Shown: positions 40,201 through 51,609 of the stretch, piece after piece
Position numbering within the stretch: position 1 is the first letter of the stretch
Layout of the letters: each line of letters begins with the position of its first letter
Assembly (NCBI GenBank): GCA_965228735.1
Contig: OZ245838.1
Span: forward strand, 1,280,001-1,344,000
Source of the DNA: Planctomycetota bacterium
Lineage (GTDB): Bacteria > Planctomycetota > UBA1135 > UBA2386
Direction of reading: 5' to 3'
Length of the DNA: 64,000 bases
Program-made: the position numbers and the translations under genes
Notes under the pieces: model-generated
What the model saw: only the letters and a program-made list of their open reading frames with translations
Told to the model about the DNA's origin: nothing
Databases searched by the model: none

Positions 40201-40927
40201 CGTCCGCGGCCGCAGCTGCAGCAGCGGCGCGATGCCGTTCGTGGCGCAGAAGTTCGAGACCTACGAGAAGTTCGCGCGGTCCACGCTCGCCGAGATCTAC
40301 ACGCCCCAGAAGCTCGACGCCTGTGGCGAGCTGCGGGCGACGACGTTGAGCAGCAGCCTGCTGCGCAACGACGGCACCGGCAGGTTCACGTTGGAGCCGC
40401 TGCCGCGCCGAGCGCAGCTCGCGCCGATCGACGGCATGGTCGTGCTCGGCGACCTCGTGATCTGCGCGGACAACTGCAGCTCGCCGGAGCCCGAGACCGG
40501 CAACCACGACGGCAGCACCGGCCTCGTGCTGCGCGTCGCCAATGGCAACCTCGAGGTCGTGCCCACGAGCGAACACGGCATCGCGATGCTCGGCGACCGC
40601 CAGGGCGTGGCGCTCGCCCGCACGCAGAGCGGCGACATCGACATCCTGTTCGCCCGCAACGCGGGCACCGTGACCTCGTATCGCCGATCGACCGACGCGA
40701 GGATGCCGACGCTTTGGCGCCGGATCGACTGGCCGGAGCACCAACCGCGCCCGGCCCCGGGCACGCGACTCACGTTCGAACTGCTGGACGGCTCATCAGC
40801 CGCGGCCGAGATCCACGCCGGCTCCGGCTACCTCTCCCACACCTCGATCATCACGGCCCCCACCACCGCCAAGACCGTGACATGGGCACCCAGCACCGGC
40901 GGCCGCGCCACGATCCCGCTGCGATAG
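37244..40927 (+). CDS. FG-GAP repeat / ASPIC-UnbV (CRTAC1-like) protein
   Basis: Numerous DxDGDGDLD repeats; GYLSGQ..VHLGIG...LEVQWPSG. Confidence 0.9.
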   Translation: MRIGTAVFLVLAFVGGWWLWELLGGGPDEITAPRPDVIPGSIEMAPLRDRVLGDERTFVRLGATECGIDFQNVLRRENRFQYLTNGAGLAAGDYDGDGLVDLYLVSQDTKDRLYRQVAPMKFEDVTAAAGGVDGGDAWGTGATFADVDGDGDLDLYVCRLEAKNLLYENQGDGTFVENGSKYGLDIVAASMMAAFCDYDNDGALDVYLLTNRALHAGWAQTPPVLGGFTPGRDTVRAPAAMVPTIQQAAQIGDLVRSDRLQDSSIPGPLREHYMAFRGRPYMTGQQDKLLRNVNGKFVDVSASAGIAGHGMGLSATWWDYDGDGRPDLYVANDLESPDRLYHNEGSGTFREVAADVLPHTAYYGMGSDAGDVDGDGHLDFLVADMSMRTHEKAKVLMGDMDTQRPVLMHSSPPQYMRNALLLNTGARPRRFQEAAKIAGLSSTDWTWSVLFGDLDNDARLDLFATNGIARFDTDPDLKIQVDKLWAQNRHQAAYQLIQNVGKVAEPNVALRNAGDLQFERHADWGLELESVTHGAVLVDLDGDGDLDVVTNNWNADFGVWENRAATGNALLVELRGRQSDRFGVGSRVIAVLPGGQRIVRENWLSRGYLSGQAPVVHLGIGDADAVDRLEVQWPSGQRSTYYTIASNQRVTITEPGGPVPKHAVEPATPWFEAAAAPAFGHVENDFDDYADQPLLPARVSRLGPGIACADVDGDGDDDAFVGGAIGQAGVLFLRDGAGWQPRPGPWDDDAASEDMGLVFFDFDGDGDVDLFVSSGGAARAAGDPALQDRLYENDGNGNFERVTGALPEIRESSGHATVADFDGDNDLDLFVAGRIVPGQFPDAPSSRLYQNDGGRFTDVTAELAPALGTAGMVTSALFTDVDADGRIDLLLAARWQPIRLLKNVGGKFTDATDSAGLLPHTGWWNSLCAVDVDHDGDLDYLAGNRGHNTKYKADREHPAVLYYGDFDDNGTRDLVEAKYRGDTLLPVRGRSCSSGAMPFVAQKFETYEKFARSTLAEIYTPQKLDACGELRATTLSSSLLRNDGTGRFTLEPLPRRAQLAPIDGMVVLGDLVICADNCSSPEPETGNHDGSTGLVLRVANGNLEVVPTSEHGIAMLGDRQGVALARTQSGDIDILFARNAGTVTSYRRSTDARMPTLWRRIDWPEHQPRPAPGTRLTFELLDGSSAAAEIHAGSGYLSHTSIITAPTTAKTVTWAPSTGGRATIPLR

Positions 40928-40935
40928 ATCCCGGC

Positions 40936-40958
40936 GTACGGTACCCGGTTCGAGCTGC
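40936..40958 (+). repeat. REP-like intergenic repeat copy
   Basis: GTACGGTACCCGGTTCGAGCTGC; related copies at 41776-41874. Confidence 0.6.
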
Positions 40959-40972
40959 AAGTTCCGCGTCAC

Positions 40973-41752
40973 TCACACGAGGGGGAAGTGCTCACCCTCG
41001 ATGCGCGCGCCCTTCGCCAGGTGCGGCACGCCGCGCAGCAGCGGCCCGGTGTCGTCGGCGACCCGAACGTCCGCGGCCATGTAGTTGAGCACGACCGCGC
41101 GCCGCCAGCGTGAGCTGCGATTCGGCCCGCTGCCGTGCAGCGTGTGGCTGTGGTGCAGCGTTGCTTCGCCAGCGCGACACGCGACCGGTTGCGGGTCCCA
41201 CGTCAGCTCCGCCGCGACGTGCTCCCGAATCGACTCGAGATCGGCGTCGAACGGAATCGCGGGCAGCAGTGGCAGGCGGTGGCTGCCGGGCAGGAACTGC
41301 AGGCACCCGCTCTCCTCGTCGCTGTCGTCGAGCAGCAGGTTCACGGTCACGTGGTGCGCGGGCGCGGTGCGCTGCCAGTACGAGTAGTCCTGGTGCCACG
41401 GCACGACGCCCGGGTGGCCCGGCGGCTTCGCGAACACCTGGTCGTGGAAGAACCGCAGTTCGTCGACTCCGAGCGCCGCCTTGGCCGCGCCCGTGATGCG
41501 CGGGTCGAACACCAGTTCCCGGAGCGCCGGTTGCACGCGCCAGCCGCCGAGGAAATGCGCCACGACCTCGTCGGGCCGGTCACGATGCGCGGCCTCGACC
41601 TCGTAGAGCTCGGGCTCGTAGCGCTCGAGATCGTCGAGGATCGCGGCGACCGCCCCGCGAACGCGCTCCACCTCGCCGGCGTTCAACAGCCCGATCGGCC
41701 CGCAGAACCCGTCCGCTTCGAACCGCGCCCGCTCGGCCTCGGAGATCGCCAT
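40973..41752 (-). CDS. Phytanoyl-CoA dioxygenase family (2OG-Fe(II)) protein
   Basis: PWHQD, GCLQFLPGSH, LHGSGPNRS...RR. Confidence 0.92.
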   Translation of the reverse strand: MAISEAERARFEADGFCGPIGLLNAGEVERVRGAVAAILDDLERYEPELYEVEAAHRDRPDEVVAHFLGGWRVQPALRELVFDPRITGAAKAALGVDELRFFHDQVFAKPPGHPGVVPWHQDYSYWQRTAPAHHVTVNLLLDDSDEESGCLQFLPGSHRLPLLPAIPFDADLESIREHVAAELTWDPQPVACRAGEATLHHSHTLHGSGPNRSSRWRRAVVLNYMAADVRVADDTGPLLRGVPHLAKGARIEGEHFPLV

Positions 41753-41775
41753 CCCACCGTCTTACCGCCGACGCC

Positions 41776-41874
41776 GTTCGGTACCGGGTTGAAACCGGCC
41801 GAGCTCGAACTGCGGATCCGGCAGCTTGCACGCGGTACCGTACGGGGCCCGGCAACTTGAACCCGGTACCGTAC
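41776..41874. repeat. Cluster of REP-like repeats
   Basis: One + copy (41776-41798) and two - copies (41821-41843, 41852-41874) of a GTACGGTACC-containing 23-mer. Confidence 0.65.
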
Positions 41875-41953
41875 GGCTGCCTTGTGGAACGCTTCCGCTG
41901 GTTGCAGGCGAGGGCGCCGTGGGACAACATGGTGCTGCCCCTCCCCCTCACGC

Positions 41954-44900
41954 ATGCCGTTCCCCGGTCGCCGTCCGTTCGTCCTCGCCGTCGCTGCGAT
42001 TCTCAGTCTCGGCGCCGGCGCCTCTGCCCAGTGCCCGCCCGGTGCGCCGATGCCGACCGACCTCGCGTCGCTGTCCGCGGACCCGGTCGACGGCAGCCCG
42101 GCGCACGTGCGCTGGACGCTGGGCCGGAAGGCCATCGACGGCGGCGATCTCGCGACCGCTCGCGAGCATCTGCGGGCGGCGCTCGCGCTGCACCCTTGTT
42201 CGGCCGCGGTGCTGCTCGACCTGCTGCGCGCGAGCGCCGGGGACGCCGACCTGCTCGCCTACTGGACCGACCGCTTCGTGCGCGCCGCGACCGGACCGCG
42301 CGGCCGCCTGAAGCTCGACGGCCAGACCAAGAAGCTGCTGCCGGACGGCGTCGACCTCGGCCCGGCCCAGAAGCTCGCGCAGCAGCGCGCCGGCGCGATC
42401 GCGGAGCTCGCCCGCTTCGCGCAGAAGCAGCGCCCGAGCGGCGGCAGGAACGCGGCCCGCGCGCAGCTGCTCGCCTACGCGAGCGAGCTGCTCCTCGCCA
42501 TCGGTGACGGCACGCCGGGCCCGCTCGACGAAGTCGCGGACAAGGTGCGCCGCGCGCGGTCGGCGATCGAGCCCGACTACGACGAGGTGTTCGACGCGCT
42601 CGAACGCGTCATGCGCACGACCCCGACGGGCGGCGGCGGCGGCGAAGAGGACGCGACCGCGATCGAAGAACGCGCCCTGCGCGCGGCCCGCATCCTGGCC
42701 GGCCTCGCGCGCCAGGCCACCTTCAAGGACCTGCAGGGGCCACAGCCGCCCGACATGACCGCCATCGGCCGCCGCGCGCGCGAGTTCCTCGCGGGCAAGG
42801 ACGCGGACGCGCAGGGCGAAGCCAGGGTGTGGACGATCGCCGAGCTGGAAGCGCTCGACGAAGAACAGCGCGTCCAGTTCACCGACTCCCACGACACGTG
42901 GCGGCGACCCGGCGTCGCCGAGAGCCTGACGGGCAAGTATCGCATCGAGACCATCTGCGGGTTCGAGACACTGCTCGGCACGGCCCGCACCATCGAACTG
43001 CACCACGACCGCCTCGCCGGCCACTTCGGCAAGGACCCGTTCGGTTCCCGCCAGGGCATCGTGCGGATCGTGCCGGAGGACTCCGGGCTCGAGACCGAGG
43101 GCGCGCCGTACTGGTGGGCCGCCGGGTTTCAGAGCGGCGACCGCACGACCGTGCGGTTCGCGTGGAGCACGATCCCGCGGCTGGGCAAGGTCCTGACGCA
43201 CGAGCTCACGCACCGCTTCGACGGCGTCCTGCGCCCGTTCCTCGGCGCCTGGTACAAGGAAGGCCACGCGTCCTGGACCGGCGGTCACTACGCGCAGATG
43301 GCGGACACCGAGTTCGTCGAGGACCACCTCGACAAGGGCGCCGTCGACCAGACGTGGCGCAAGGACTACGGCCGGAAGCGCGAGTTCACGAAACTCATCG
43401 AGGGCACGATCGAGGAGTACCGCGACAACTATGCCGCGGGCTACGCGCTCTACTCGTATCTCCGCACGTTCCCGCCCGGCGAACGCCCGCTCTTCCGCGA
43501 CGCGCTCGAGCGCTACGAGAAGAACTCGCGGGCGGGACAGAAGAACCCGCTGCGCTACTTCGAGCAGACCTTCTGCGACGGCGAGAACGGCCGCCCCGAG
43601 TCGCTCGACGACTTCCTCGACGGCTGGCAGGCGTTCTTGAACGGGGTCGGCATGTGGCTCGTGCGCAACCGTGACGACAGCAACCGTTGGGTCGCGCGCT
43701 ACGGCAGCGTCGGCCCCGGCGACTCGGGCAAGAAGGTCTCGGATCGCCCGACCTGGTCGTGGGCGAGGAAGCGCGCGGAGCCGTTCTTCGGCCAGGATCA
43801 CGCCGCCGCGGCGACGCGTCTGCTCGCCGAGGTCGGAGATCACGCCGGCACGGTCGCGGCCGGCACGTGGTCGCTCACGGTCGACGGCTGGCGGCCGGAC
43901 ACGGTGACGCGCGCGGTGCACGCCGCGCAGCAGCTGCCGAGCAAGAGCTCGGCGCACGCGATCACCGCGCTGGCGCGCACGCGTTTTCCCGGCATCGGCA
44001 GCCCGCCGGCCACGCCGCTCGCGAGCCAGCTGGCGCGCACGAGCGGCTTCGTCACGGCACTCGCGGAGCGCGCGGTCGAGCTCGGCCAGGCCGGTCACAG
44101 CAAGGCCGCGACGGCGCTCGCCGCGGATCACGATCGGATCGCGCGCCTGCTCGATCTGCCGGCGCTCGACCGGGCCAGACTCCAGAGCGCGGCGGAATCC
44201 ACGCCGCCGCCGACCGTCGCGGAGTATCTCGGCGGCCACGGCTGGACCGAGTCGGGCCTCACGGGCTTCGAGGATCGCCGGCGCGAGGGCCTGTGGTACG
44301 TCGAACGGAACGGCGACGTGCACGTCGGTCGCGAGCGACCGCGCGAGACGACGGGTTCGGTCGATCGCCGCGCGCACCAGCGCGACGCGTTCGTGCACAC
44401 CGTGCGCTGGATCGCCCCGGGCAGCTACGTCCTGCGCGGGCGGGTCCACTTCACCACGTCGTACGTGCGCGGCGCGATCGTGTTCGGGCACGCCCGCCGC
44501 GACCGCGACCTGCGGCTGCGATTCACGTCGGGCGACTTCGAGTACGCGGTCGGCCGACGCGAGACGAGCCGCGCGTCCGGCAAGGTCTCGTTCCGCTTCG
44601 ACGGGCTCTGGGAACGCGACCCCGAGATGCCGCGCAACAACACCAACACGAGCGCCGAGGTCCGCGACGAAGCCGCGTGGTTCGACTACGAGATCGTCGT
44701 CCACGGGCCGCGCGTCGAGATCAAGATCAACGACGGCAAACGCAAGTCGATCCTGTACGCGGTGCACGACGGCGCGCCCATCGAGGGTCACGTCGGGTTC
44801 GCGATGGCGATGGGCGCGATCCGGGTGCAGGAACCGACGGTGCAGCGCCTCGACGCCGCCGACCCGCACGCGCTGATCGGCCTCGACATCGGCCGCCAGC

Positions 44901-45325
44901 CGACGCGGTCACTGACCGACCTCCTCGACCTGCCGACCCGCGGGCTGCCGACCGCCCCCGACGGCACGATCGTCGTGTGGATTCCGCCCGGCCGCGAGGA
45001 GCTCGCCGACATGACGATGCCGCGCGTGCTCCCGTCGCTCAGGGAGGCCGTCGGCGAGGCCCACGAGCACCCGCAGGAGTGGGTCCTCGTGGTGCCGGAG
45101 GGCCTCCCCGCCGAGGACCGGGCCGCGATCGCGGAGCAGCTGGCGGAGGTTCGCGGCACGGAGCTGCGGGTGCTCACGCACGCGATCGACGAACCGTTCG
45201 ACGGGCGCTACCCGTGGGTCCTGTTCGTCGACGGCCTCGGGGTGCTCCGCGCGGCCGCCAGCGCCGCGTCGCCCCACCTCTTCACCAAGGTCGCGCGCTG
45301 GTCCCGGCGCTTCCGCGGCCGCTGA
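41954..45325 (+). CDS. Large secreted protein with a gluzincin metallopeptidase motif
   Basis: Signal peptide; THELTH...WYKEG; beta-rich region and thioredoxin-like C-terminal region. Confidence 0.75.
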   Translation: MPFPGRRPFVLAVAAILSLGAGASAQCPPGAPMPTDLASLSADPVDGSPAHVRWTLGRKAIDGGDLATAREHLRAALALHPCSAAVLLDLLRASAGDADLLAYWTDRFVRAATGPRGRLKLDGQTKKLLPDGVDLGPAQKLAQQRAGAIAELARFAQKQRPSGGRNAARAQLLAYASELLLAIGDGTPGPLDEVADKVRRARSAIEPDYDEVFDALERVMRTTPTGGGGGEEDATAIEERALRAARILAGLARQATFKDLQGPQPPDMTAIGRRAREFLAGKDADAQGEARVWTIAELEALDEEQRVQFTDSHDTWRRPGVAESLTGKYRIETICGFETLLGTARTIELHHDRLAGHFGKDPFGSRQGIVRIVPEDSGLETEGAPYWWAAGFQSGDRTTVRFAWSTIPRLGKVLTHELTHRFDGVLRPFLGAWYKEGHASWTGGHYAQMADTEFVEDHLDKGAVDQTWRKDYGRKREFTKLIEGTIEEYRDNYAAGYALYSYLRTFPPGERPLFRDALERYEKNSRAGQKNPLRYFEQTFCDGENGRPESLDDFLDGWQAFLNGVGMWLVRNRDDSNRWVARYGSVGPGDSGKKVSDRPTWSWARKRAEPFFGQDHAAAATRLLAEVGDHAGTVAAGTWSLTVDGWRPDTVTRAVHAAQQLPSKSSAHAITALARTRFPGIGSPPATPLASQLARTSGFVTALAERAVELGQAGHSKAATALAADHDRIARLLDLPALDRARLQSAAESTPPPTVAEYLGGHGWTESGLTGFEDRRREGLWYVERNGDVHVGRERPRETTGSVDRRAHQRDAFVHTVRWIAPGSYVLRGRVHFTTSYVRGAIVFGHARRDRDLRLRFTSGDFEYAVGRRETSRASGKVSFRFDGLWERDPEMPRNNTNTSAEVRDEAAWFDYEIVVHGPRVEIKINDGKRKSILYAVHDGAPIEGHVGFAMAMGAIRVQEPTVQRLDAADPHALIGLDIGRQPTRSLTDLLDLPTRGLPTAPDGTIVVWIPPGREELADMTMPRVLPSLREAVGEAHEHPQEWVLVVPEGLPAEDRAAIAEQLAEVRGTELRVLTHAIDEPFDGRYPWVLFVDGLGVLRAAASAASPHLFTKVARWSRRFRGR

Positions 45326-45384
45326 GCCGAACGGGTCTTCAACCTGGCGAGGGCGGCTCCTATAACGTTCGCCCCCGCAATCGC

Positions 45385-48240
45385 ATGGCCAGCACAAGTA
45401 CTCGCTTTCCCCGCCTCGACAACTTCGTGAGCCGACACCTCGGCCCGAGCGAATCCGAGCTCGCGGCGATGCTGCAGACGCTCGGGTGCAAGGACCTCGA
45501 AGAACTCACCGACAAGGCGATCCCCGGCAAGATCCGCTGGTCGGGCGAGCTGCAGCTGCCGGCCGCGCGCAGCGAACGCGACGCGCTCGCCGACCTCACG
45601 GCGCTGGCCGCGCAGAACGAGGTCCACCGCAGCTACATCGGGATGGGCTACCACGGCACGCTGACGCCGGCGGTCATCCAGCGCAACATCCTCGAGAATC
45701 CGGGCTGGTACACGCAATACACCCCCTACCAGGCCGAGATCTCGCAGGGCCGCCTCGAGGCGCTGCTGAACTATCAGACGCTCGTCATCGACCTCACGGG
45801 CCTCGAGGTCGCGAACAGCTCGCTGCTCGACGAGGCGACGGCGGCCGCCGAAGCGATGGCGATGAGCCACCGGCTGCACAAGGGCAAGGCCGAGACGTTC
45901 TTCGTGGACCGCAACTGCCACCCGCAGACGCTCGCGGTCGTGCAGCAGCGCGCCGAGCCGCTCGGCATCCAGGTGCAGGTCGGCGACCCCGAAACGGCCA
46001 CGTTCGGCGACGAGCACTTCGGCGTGCTGCTCTACTACCCGGGCAGCGACGGCACCGTCAAAGACCTGACCGGGACCATCGGCAAGGCCAAGGCCGCCGG
46101 CGCGTACAGCACGGTCGTCGCCGACCTGCTCGCCCTCTGCGTGCTCAAGCCGCCGGGCGAGATGGGCGCCGACATCGTGTGCGGCAGCTCGCAGCGTTTC
46201 GGCGTGCCGCTCGGCTACGGCGGCCCGCACGCGGGCTACATGGTCGCGACGAAGGAGTTCCAGCGCCAGCTGCCGGGCCGCATCGTCGGCATGACGATCG
46301 ACGCGACCGGCAAGCCCGCGCTGCGCCTCGCGCTCGGGACCCGCGAGCAGCACATCCGTCGCGAACGCGCGACCTCCAACATCTGCACGGCGCAGGTGCT
46401 GCTCGCCGTCATGGCCAGCATGTATGCCGTCTATCACGGCCCCGAGGGCCTGACGGCGATCGCCGAGCGCGTGCGCGCGCAGACCGACTGCCTCGCCGAC
46501 AGCCTCGCGCAGCTCGGCCACGACGTGCAGGGCGGCCTGCGCTTCGACACGATCCGCGTGCGGCCGAGGGACGACGCGCAGAAGGTGCTCGCCGCGGCGG
46601 AGCAGAACGGCATCAACTTCCGTGACTTCGGCGACGGCAGCCTCGGGATCACGCTCGACGAGACGGTGGACGACGAGGACCTCGTGGACATCCTCGCGGC
46701 GTTCGGCGGCTCGGCGGATGCGCTCGGCAACGCCGAGCCCCAGGACCTCGGCGCTCTCGCCCGCACGGCCGCGTTCTGCGAGCACCCGACGTTCCACAGC
46801 TACCGCAGCGAGCACGAGATCCTGCGCTACATGCACCGGCTGCAGCAGCGCGACCTGTCGCTGACGACGTCGATGATCCCGCTCGGCTCGTGCACGATGA
46901 AGCTCAACGCGACGACCGAGATGTATCCGGTCTCGCTGCCGGGCTTCGGCGGCATCCACCCGTTCGCCCCGGTCTCGCAGACCAAGGGCTACCAGACGCT
47001 GTTCGACAACCTGGAGAACTGGCTCAACGAGATCACCGGCTTCGACGGCTGCTCGCTGCAGCCCAACGCCGGCTCGCAGGGCGAGTACTCGGGCCTGTCG
47101 ATCATCCGGGCCTACCACCGCAGCAACGGTCAGGAGCAGCGCGACATCTGCCTGATCCCGAGCAGCGCGCACGGCACCAACCCGGCTACCGCTTCGATGT
47201 GCGGCATGACGGTCGTCGTCGTGAAGTGCGACGACGACGGCAACATCGACATGGCGGACCTCAACAAGAAGGCCGCCGAACACCAGGACCGCCTCGCGGC
47301 GCTGATGGTGACCTACCCGTCGACGCACGGCGTGTTCGAGGAGGCGATCCAGCAGATCTGCGCGGTCGTCCACGAGCACGGCGGCCAGGTCTACATGGAC
47401 GGCGCCAACATGAACGCGCAGGTCGGCCTGCTGCGACCGGGCGACCTCGGCGCCGACGTGTGCCACCTCAACCTGCACAAGACGTTCTGCATCCCGCACG
47501 GCGGCGGCGGCCCGGGCATGGGCCCGATCTGCTGCAAGGCGCACCTGGCGCCGTTCCTGCCCGGTCACCCCGTGATCGAGACGGGCGGCGAGAAGGCGAT
47601 CGGCGCCGTGAGCGCGGCGCCGTGGGGCAGCGCATCGATCCTCACGATCAGCTACGCCTACATCGCGATGATGGGCCCCGAGGGTCTGCGGCGCGCGACG
47701 CAGGTCGCGATCGCGGGCGCGAACTACATCGCCAAACGGCTCGAGGGCCACTACCCCGTGCTCTACACGGGCCAGAACGGCATGGTCGCGCACGAGTGCA
47801 TCGTCGACGTGCGCGACCTCAAGAAGTCGGCCGGCATCGAGGTCGGTGACATCGCGAAGCGCCTGATGGACTACGGCTTCCACGCGCCGACCGTCAGCTT
47901 CCCGGTCGCGGGCACGATGATGATCGAGCCGACCGAGAGCGAGTCGCAGGCCGAGATGGACCGCTTCTGCGACGCGCTGATCGCGATCCGCGAGGAGATC
48001 CGCGCGATCGAGGACGGCAAGGCCGACCGCGAGACCAACGTCGTCAAGGGCGCGCCGCACACCGCCGAGGCGGTCACGAGCGACAGCTGGGACAAGCCCT
48101 ACTCGCGCGAGCAGGCCGCGTTCCCGGCACCGTGGACCAAGGAGCACAAGTTCTGGCCCGCGGTCGCGCGCGTCAACGACGTGCACGGCGACCGCAACCT
48201 CGTCTGCGCGTGCCCGCCGGTCGAGGCCTACGAGGCCTGA
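45385..48240 (+). CDS. gcvP: Glycine dehydrogenase (decarboxylating)
   Basis: [41 protein letters not shown]. Confidence 0.98.
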   Translation: MASTSTRFPRLDNFVSRHLGPSESELAAMLQTLGCKDLEELTDKAIPGKIRWSGELQLPAARSERDALADLTALAAQNEVHRSYIGMGYHGTLTPAVIQRNILENPGWYTQYTPYQAEISQGRLEALLNYQTLVIDLTGLEVANSSLLDEATAAAEAMAMSHRLHKGKAETFFVDRNCHPQTLAVVQQRAEPLGIQVQVGDPETATFGDEHFGVLLYYPGSDGTVKDLTGTIGKAKAAGAYSTVVADLLALCVLKPPGEMGADIVCGSSQRFGVPLGYGGPHAGYMVATKEFQRQLPGRIVGMTIDATGKPALRLALGTREQHIRRERATSNICTAQVLLAVMASMYAVYHGPEGLTAIAERVRAQTDCLADSLAQLGHDVQGGLRFDTIRVRPRDDAQKVLAAAEQNGINFRDFGDGSLGITLDETVDDEDLVDILAAFGGSADALGNAEPQDLGALARTAAFCEHPTFHSYRSEHEILRYMHRLQQRDLSLTTSMIPLGSCTMKLNATTEMYPVSLPGFGGIHPFAPVSQTKGYQTLFDNLENWLNEITGFDGCSLQPNAGSQGEYSGLSIIRAYHRSNGQEQRDICLIPSSAHGTNPATASMCGMTVVVVKCDDDGNIDMADLNKKAAEHQDRLAALMVTYPSTHGVFEEAIQQICAVVHEHGGQVYMDGANMNAQVGLLRPGDLGADVCHLNLHKTFCIPHGGGGPGMGPICCKAHLAPFLPGHPVIETGGEKAIGAVSAAPWGSASILTISYAYIAMMGPEGLRRATQVAIAGANYIAKRLEGHYPVLYTGQNGMVAHECIVDVRDLKKSAGIEVGDIAKRLMDYGFHAPTVSFPVAGTMMIEPTESESQAEMDRFCDALIAIREEIRAIEDGKADRETNVVKGAPHTAEAVTSDSWDKPYSREQAAFPAPWTKEHKFWPAVARVNDVHGDRNLVCACPPVEAYEA

Positions 48241-48259
48241 GCCCTGACCTGCCGGGTCA

Positions 48260-48277
48260 CCGGCGGCTCACCGCCGG
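48260..48277. terminator. Hairpin between convergent genes
   Basis: CCGGCGG-CTCA-CCGCCGG; no U-tract. Confidence 0.3.
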
Positions 48278-48297
48278 GCCCCTGCGGGCGGCCCCCG

Positions 48298-49482
48298 CTA
48301 CTGCCAGGCGTGCAGGGCCTCGGCGACGGTCGGCGTCGGATCGCCGCTCCAGCTGTGCGGCGGGTTGATGCCGAAGTCGCCCGTGTGGCAGAACGAGGTC
48401 GCGCGGAACGGCGAGTTGTTCAGCACGAACTCGCTGCGCGGCACGAACAACAGGATCGAATCGCCACGGACGATGAATCGCGCGGCGGTCGGCACCGTCG
48501 AGATCGAGTTACCGGCTCCCACCGTCTTGCACGTCGCGGACCACCCGCCCGTCGGCGTGTAGTTGAGTTCGTACCAGCGGTCCGTGCCGTCGTAGAAGTC
48601 GTTCGGGAAGCTCGGGCTCGCGGCGTAGTTGTTCGCGACGTTCGCGTCCGAGTCCACGACGAACGCATAGGTGTAGCGCTGGGTCTGGTCGTTCAGCGGC
48701 ACGGCCTCCGATACGGACATCCAGAACGTGCAGTACTCCCCTTCGGTCAGCGGCAGGGTCGGCGTCCCCGCAACGGTGTAGCCGTTCGGCCCCTGCCCAT
48801 CGGGGAACGGCACGTTGTCCTGCGTGCCCTCGAACGTCGCGGCCAGCTGGGCCAGGCTCCAGAACAGGACCATCGCGCCCATGAGGCGAATCTCGGTGAT
48901 CAGACTCGGCAGCTTCGGCGGCACGAGAGCCGAGCTGTGCCGCGTCAGCACGGCGATCGGCGCGAGGACCGTGGCGGTGAACCAGAGCAGCTGCAGCTGC
49001 GGGTTGCCGAACAGTGCGAACATCGCCCCGACGTCACTGTTGAACGCGGCGTTCACCCATTCGATCGTGAAGTTCTGGACCAGGCCCGAGACGACGAGCT
49101 CGGCGATCACGACGACCGACAACGTCGCCAGCAGCACGGCGGCGGGTAATGCGCGCACGAAGACCTGCCGGGACTCACCCGGTGCGAGCACGACCTCGGA
49201 CTGATCGGCCTCGATGTCGGTGCCCTGCACCCGGAACCGGATGTCGCCATCGACGGTCCCGGCCGCCAGCGTGTTCGTCAAGACGATCGTGCCGAGCGCG
49301 ACCGCGGCGACGGCCAGCGGGCTCAGCAGGACACGACCGCCCCCCGTTACGGTAGCCGAGACGCTGCCGGGGCCGGCGCCGCCCGGAGTCCCGGAGCCAC
49401 CGCTGCTGTGGAAACAACCGCCGACGAACAGCAGCGCGAACAGCAGCGTGAACAGGACGGGGCACGAACGGAGGAGATTCAT
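48298..49482 (-). CDS. Putative lipoprotein
   Basis: Hydrophobic leader ending VGGC, then a Gly/Ser linker. Confidence 0.7.
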   Translation of the reverse strand: MNLLRSCPVLFTLLFALLFVGGCFHSSGGSGTPGGAGPGSVSATVTGGGRVLLSPLAVAAVALGTIVLTNTLAAGTVDGDIRFRVQGTDIEADQSEVVLAPGESRQVFVRALPAAVLLATLSVVVIAELVVSGLVQNFTIEWVNAAFNSDVGAMFALFGNPQLQLLWFTATVLAPIAVLTRHSSALVPPKLPSLITEIRLMGAMVLFWSLAQLAATFEGTQDNVPFPDGQGPNGYTVAGTPTLPLTEGEYCTFWMSVSEAVPLNDQTQRYTYAFVVDSDANVANNYAASPSFPNDFYDGTDRWYELNYTPTGGWSATCKTVGAGNSISTVPTAARFIVRGDSILLFVPRSEFVLNNSPFRATSFCHTGDFGINPPHSWSGDPTPTVAEALHAWQ

Positions 49483-49640
49483 GTCCCCAGAGGCGAGATC
49501 CGTGCCGCTCGACCGCCCGGGTTTTCCCCGCCGCGCGCCCGATCCGGATCGAACGGCCCACCGAACGATCCTGGCATTGGCGCGGCAGGTTTCTCACAAT
49601 GCCCGGCCACAACACTCGTAGAGTCCTCCGGAGACCCTGC

Positions 49641-50381
49641 ATGACCGATACCGAGTCGCAAAGTCAGACCCCGTCGCCCCCTGCTGCCGCGCCGCAGAAG
49701 CCGGCCGCAGAGCCGGCTCACATGGCGGAGAACGTCATCATCCGGCCGTGGCCGAAGGTCGTGTTCCTGTATCCGACGTTCGTCTGCGCGACGATCTTCT
49801 TCCTGCTGTCGTGGCTGGAGCTCGTCACGCCATCGACGCTCGGCAACGTGTTCATGGGCGTGTTCTTCCTGAACCTGCTCGTGTTCTCGTTCGACTTCTC
49901 CCGCATCAAGTCGATCACGATCGTGATCGCCATCGTCGCAGTCGTGCTCGGCGTTCTCTGGGTCGACAGTCAGTGGAAGATCACCGACTTCCTCGGCAAT
50001 GTCGCGGAATCGGTCGACATCCAGATGAACTCGGCGTTCTACGGCTTCCTGAGCGCCGGCCTCGGCTTCCTGCTGCTGCTCGTGTTCATCAACACGCGCT
50101 TCAACTACTACGAGGTCAACGCGCGCGAGGTCATCCATCACCACGGTTACCTCGGCGACACCCAGCGGTGGTCCACCGAGGGCCTCGAGATGAACAAGGA
50201 GATCTACGACATTGCGGAGTACATCCTGCTCCGCAGCGGTCGCCTGGTCTTCCAGCCGATGACGAGCAAGAAGGCGATCGTGCTCGACAACGTGCCGAAC
50301 GTGACGCGCATCGAGAAGTCGACGAACGACCTGTTGAGCCACATCGCGGTCCGCATCAACCAGCGACCCGGGCCGGGCTAA
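49641..50381 (+). CDS. Membrane protein, about 4 TM plus soluble C-terminal domain
   Basis: GGAG RBS, hydrophobic segments, strong codon bias. Confidence 0.8.
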   Translation: MTDTESQSQTPSPPAAAPQKPAAEPAHMAENVIIRPWPKVVFLYPTFVCATIFFLLSWLELVTPSTLGNVFMGVFFLNLLVFSFDFSRIKSITIVIAIVAVVLGVLWVDSQWKITDFLGNVAESVDIQMNSAFYGFLSAGLGFLLLLVFINTRFNYYEVNAREVIHHHGYLGDTQRWSTEGLEMNKEIYDIAEYILLRSGRLVFQPMTSKKAIVLDNVPNVTRIEKSTNDLLSHIAVRINQRPGPG

Positions 50382-50403
50382 CTGCCGGGCCCACCCCCCG
50401 ATC

Positions 50404-51609
50404 GTGCAGCTCCCCTCGGACGGCGACCACACGGGTCGCACCCTCGGCCAGGAAGAACTCGACCGCCTCACGAAAGTCGTCGCGAGCGGCACGCTGAACT
50501 CCACCAAGGGCTCGGCCGTCACGGAGTTCGAGCGGTCGTTCGCGCGCTGGCTCGGCACTTCGCACGCGATCGCCTGCGCGTCGGGTTCTGCCGCCGTGCA
50601 CTGCGCGATCACGGCGATCGGGTTGCGAGCCGGCGACGAGGTGATCACCACGCCCATCACCGACATGGGCGCCCTGACCCCGATCCTCTACGAGGGCGGC
50701 GTCCCGGTGTTCTGCGACGTCGATCCGGTCACCCTCAACGTCACCGCCGACACGATCCGGGCCCAGCTCACCGATCGCACGCGCGCCATCGTCGTCACGC
50801 ACCTCTTCGGCATGCCGTGCGCGATGGACGACATCGCCGCGGTCGCGAGCGAACGCGACCTGCCGATCATCGAGGACTGCGCGCAGGCGTACGGCGCGAC
50901 CTGGCGGGGCCGCAAGGTCGGCACGCTCGGCCAGATCGCGTGCTTCTCGCTGCAGCAAGGCAAGCACATCACGACCGGCGAAGGCGGGTTCGTCACGGCC
51001 TCCGACGACGACGTCGCGCGGCGCCTGTTCCTCGCCGTGAACAAGGCCTGGGGCTACGGCGACGAACGACCCGACCACTACTTCCCGGCGCTCAACTATC
51101 GGCTCAGTGAACTGCAAGGCGCGGTCGGGCTCGCGCAACTCGACAAGCTCGATGACGTCATCGCGCGGCGCCGCGCCGTCGCGGGCCAGCTGCGCGAGCG
51201 TCTCGCAAGCGTGCCCGGGCTGATCCTGCCAAGGGACACGGAGCACACCGAACACGCCTGGTGGAAGTTCGCGTTCCACGTCGACTCCGAACGCGTCCCC
51301 GGCGGCGCGGTCGAGCTCGGCGGCCGGATGCGCGCCCAGGGTGTCGCGTGCGCGCCGCGCTACGTGCAAAAACCCGCGTTCGAATGCGCGCTCTTCCAGG
51401 ACTGGTCGCGTTCGCCCGTCACCGCGATGCCGCTGCAGCACAACCCGCGCCGCGACGGCCCGCAGCCTCCGTTCGACCGTCGGGACTACCCCGGCGCGGT
51501 GCAGGGTCTCGACAGCGTCATCGTCCTGCCGATCAACGAGAACTACGAACCCGCGCACGTCGATCACGTCGCGCGCGTGATCGCATCGGCGGTCGAGGGC
51601 CGTGACTGA
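50404..51609 (+). CDS. DegT/DnrJ/EryC1/StrS aminotransferase
   Basis: IEDCAQA, FSLQQGKHITTGEGG. Confidence 0.93.
   Translation: MQLPSDGDHTGRTLGQEELDRLTKVVASGTLNSTKGSAVTEFERSFARWLGTSHAIACASGSAAVHCAITAIGLRAGDEVITTPITDMGALTPILYEGGVPVFCDVDPVTLNVTADTIRAQLTDRTRAIVVTHLFGMPCAMDDIAAVASERDLPIIEDCAQAYGATWRGRKVGTLGQIACFSLQQGKHITTGEGGFVTASDDDVARRLFLAVNKAWGYGDERPDHYFPALNYRLSELQGAVGLAQLDKLDDVIARRRAVAGQLRERLASVPGLILPRDTEHTEHAWWKFAFHVDSERVPGGAVELGGRMRAQGVACAPRYVQKPAFECALFQDWSRSPVTAMPLQHNPRRDGPQPPFDRRDYPGAVQGLDSVIVLPINENYEPAHVDHVARVIASAVEGRD

Noticed and set aside
43687..45384. 566-aa N-terminal extension of GcvP
   Set aside because: Off-frame overlap with the upstream gene; GcvP similarity starts at ATG 45385
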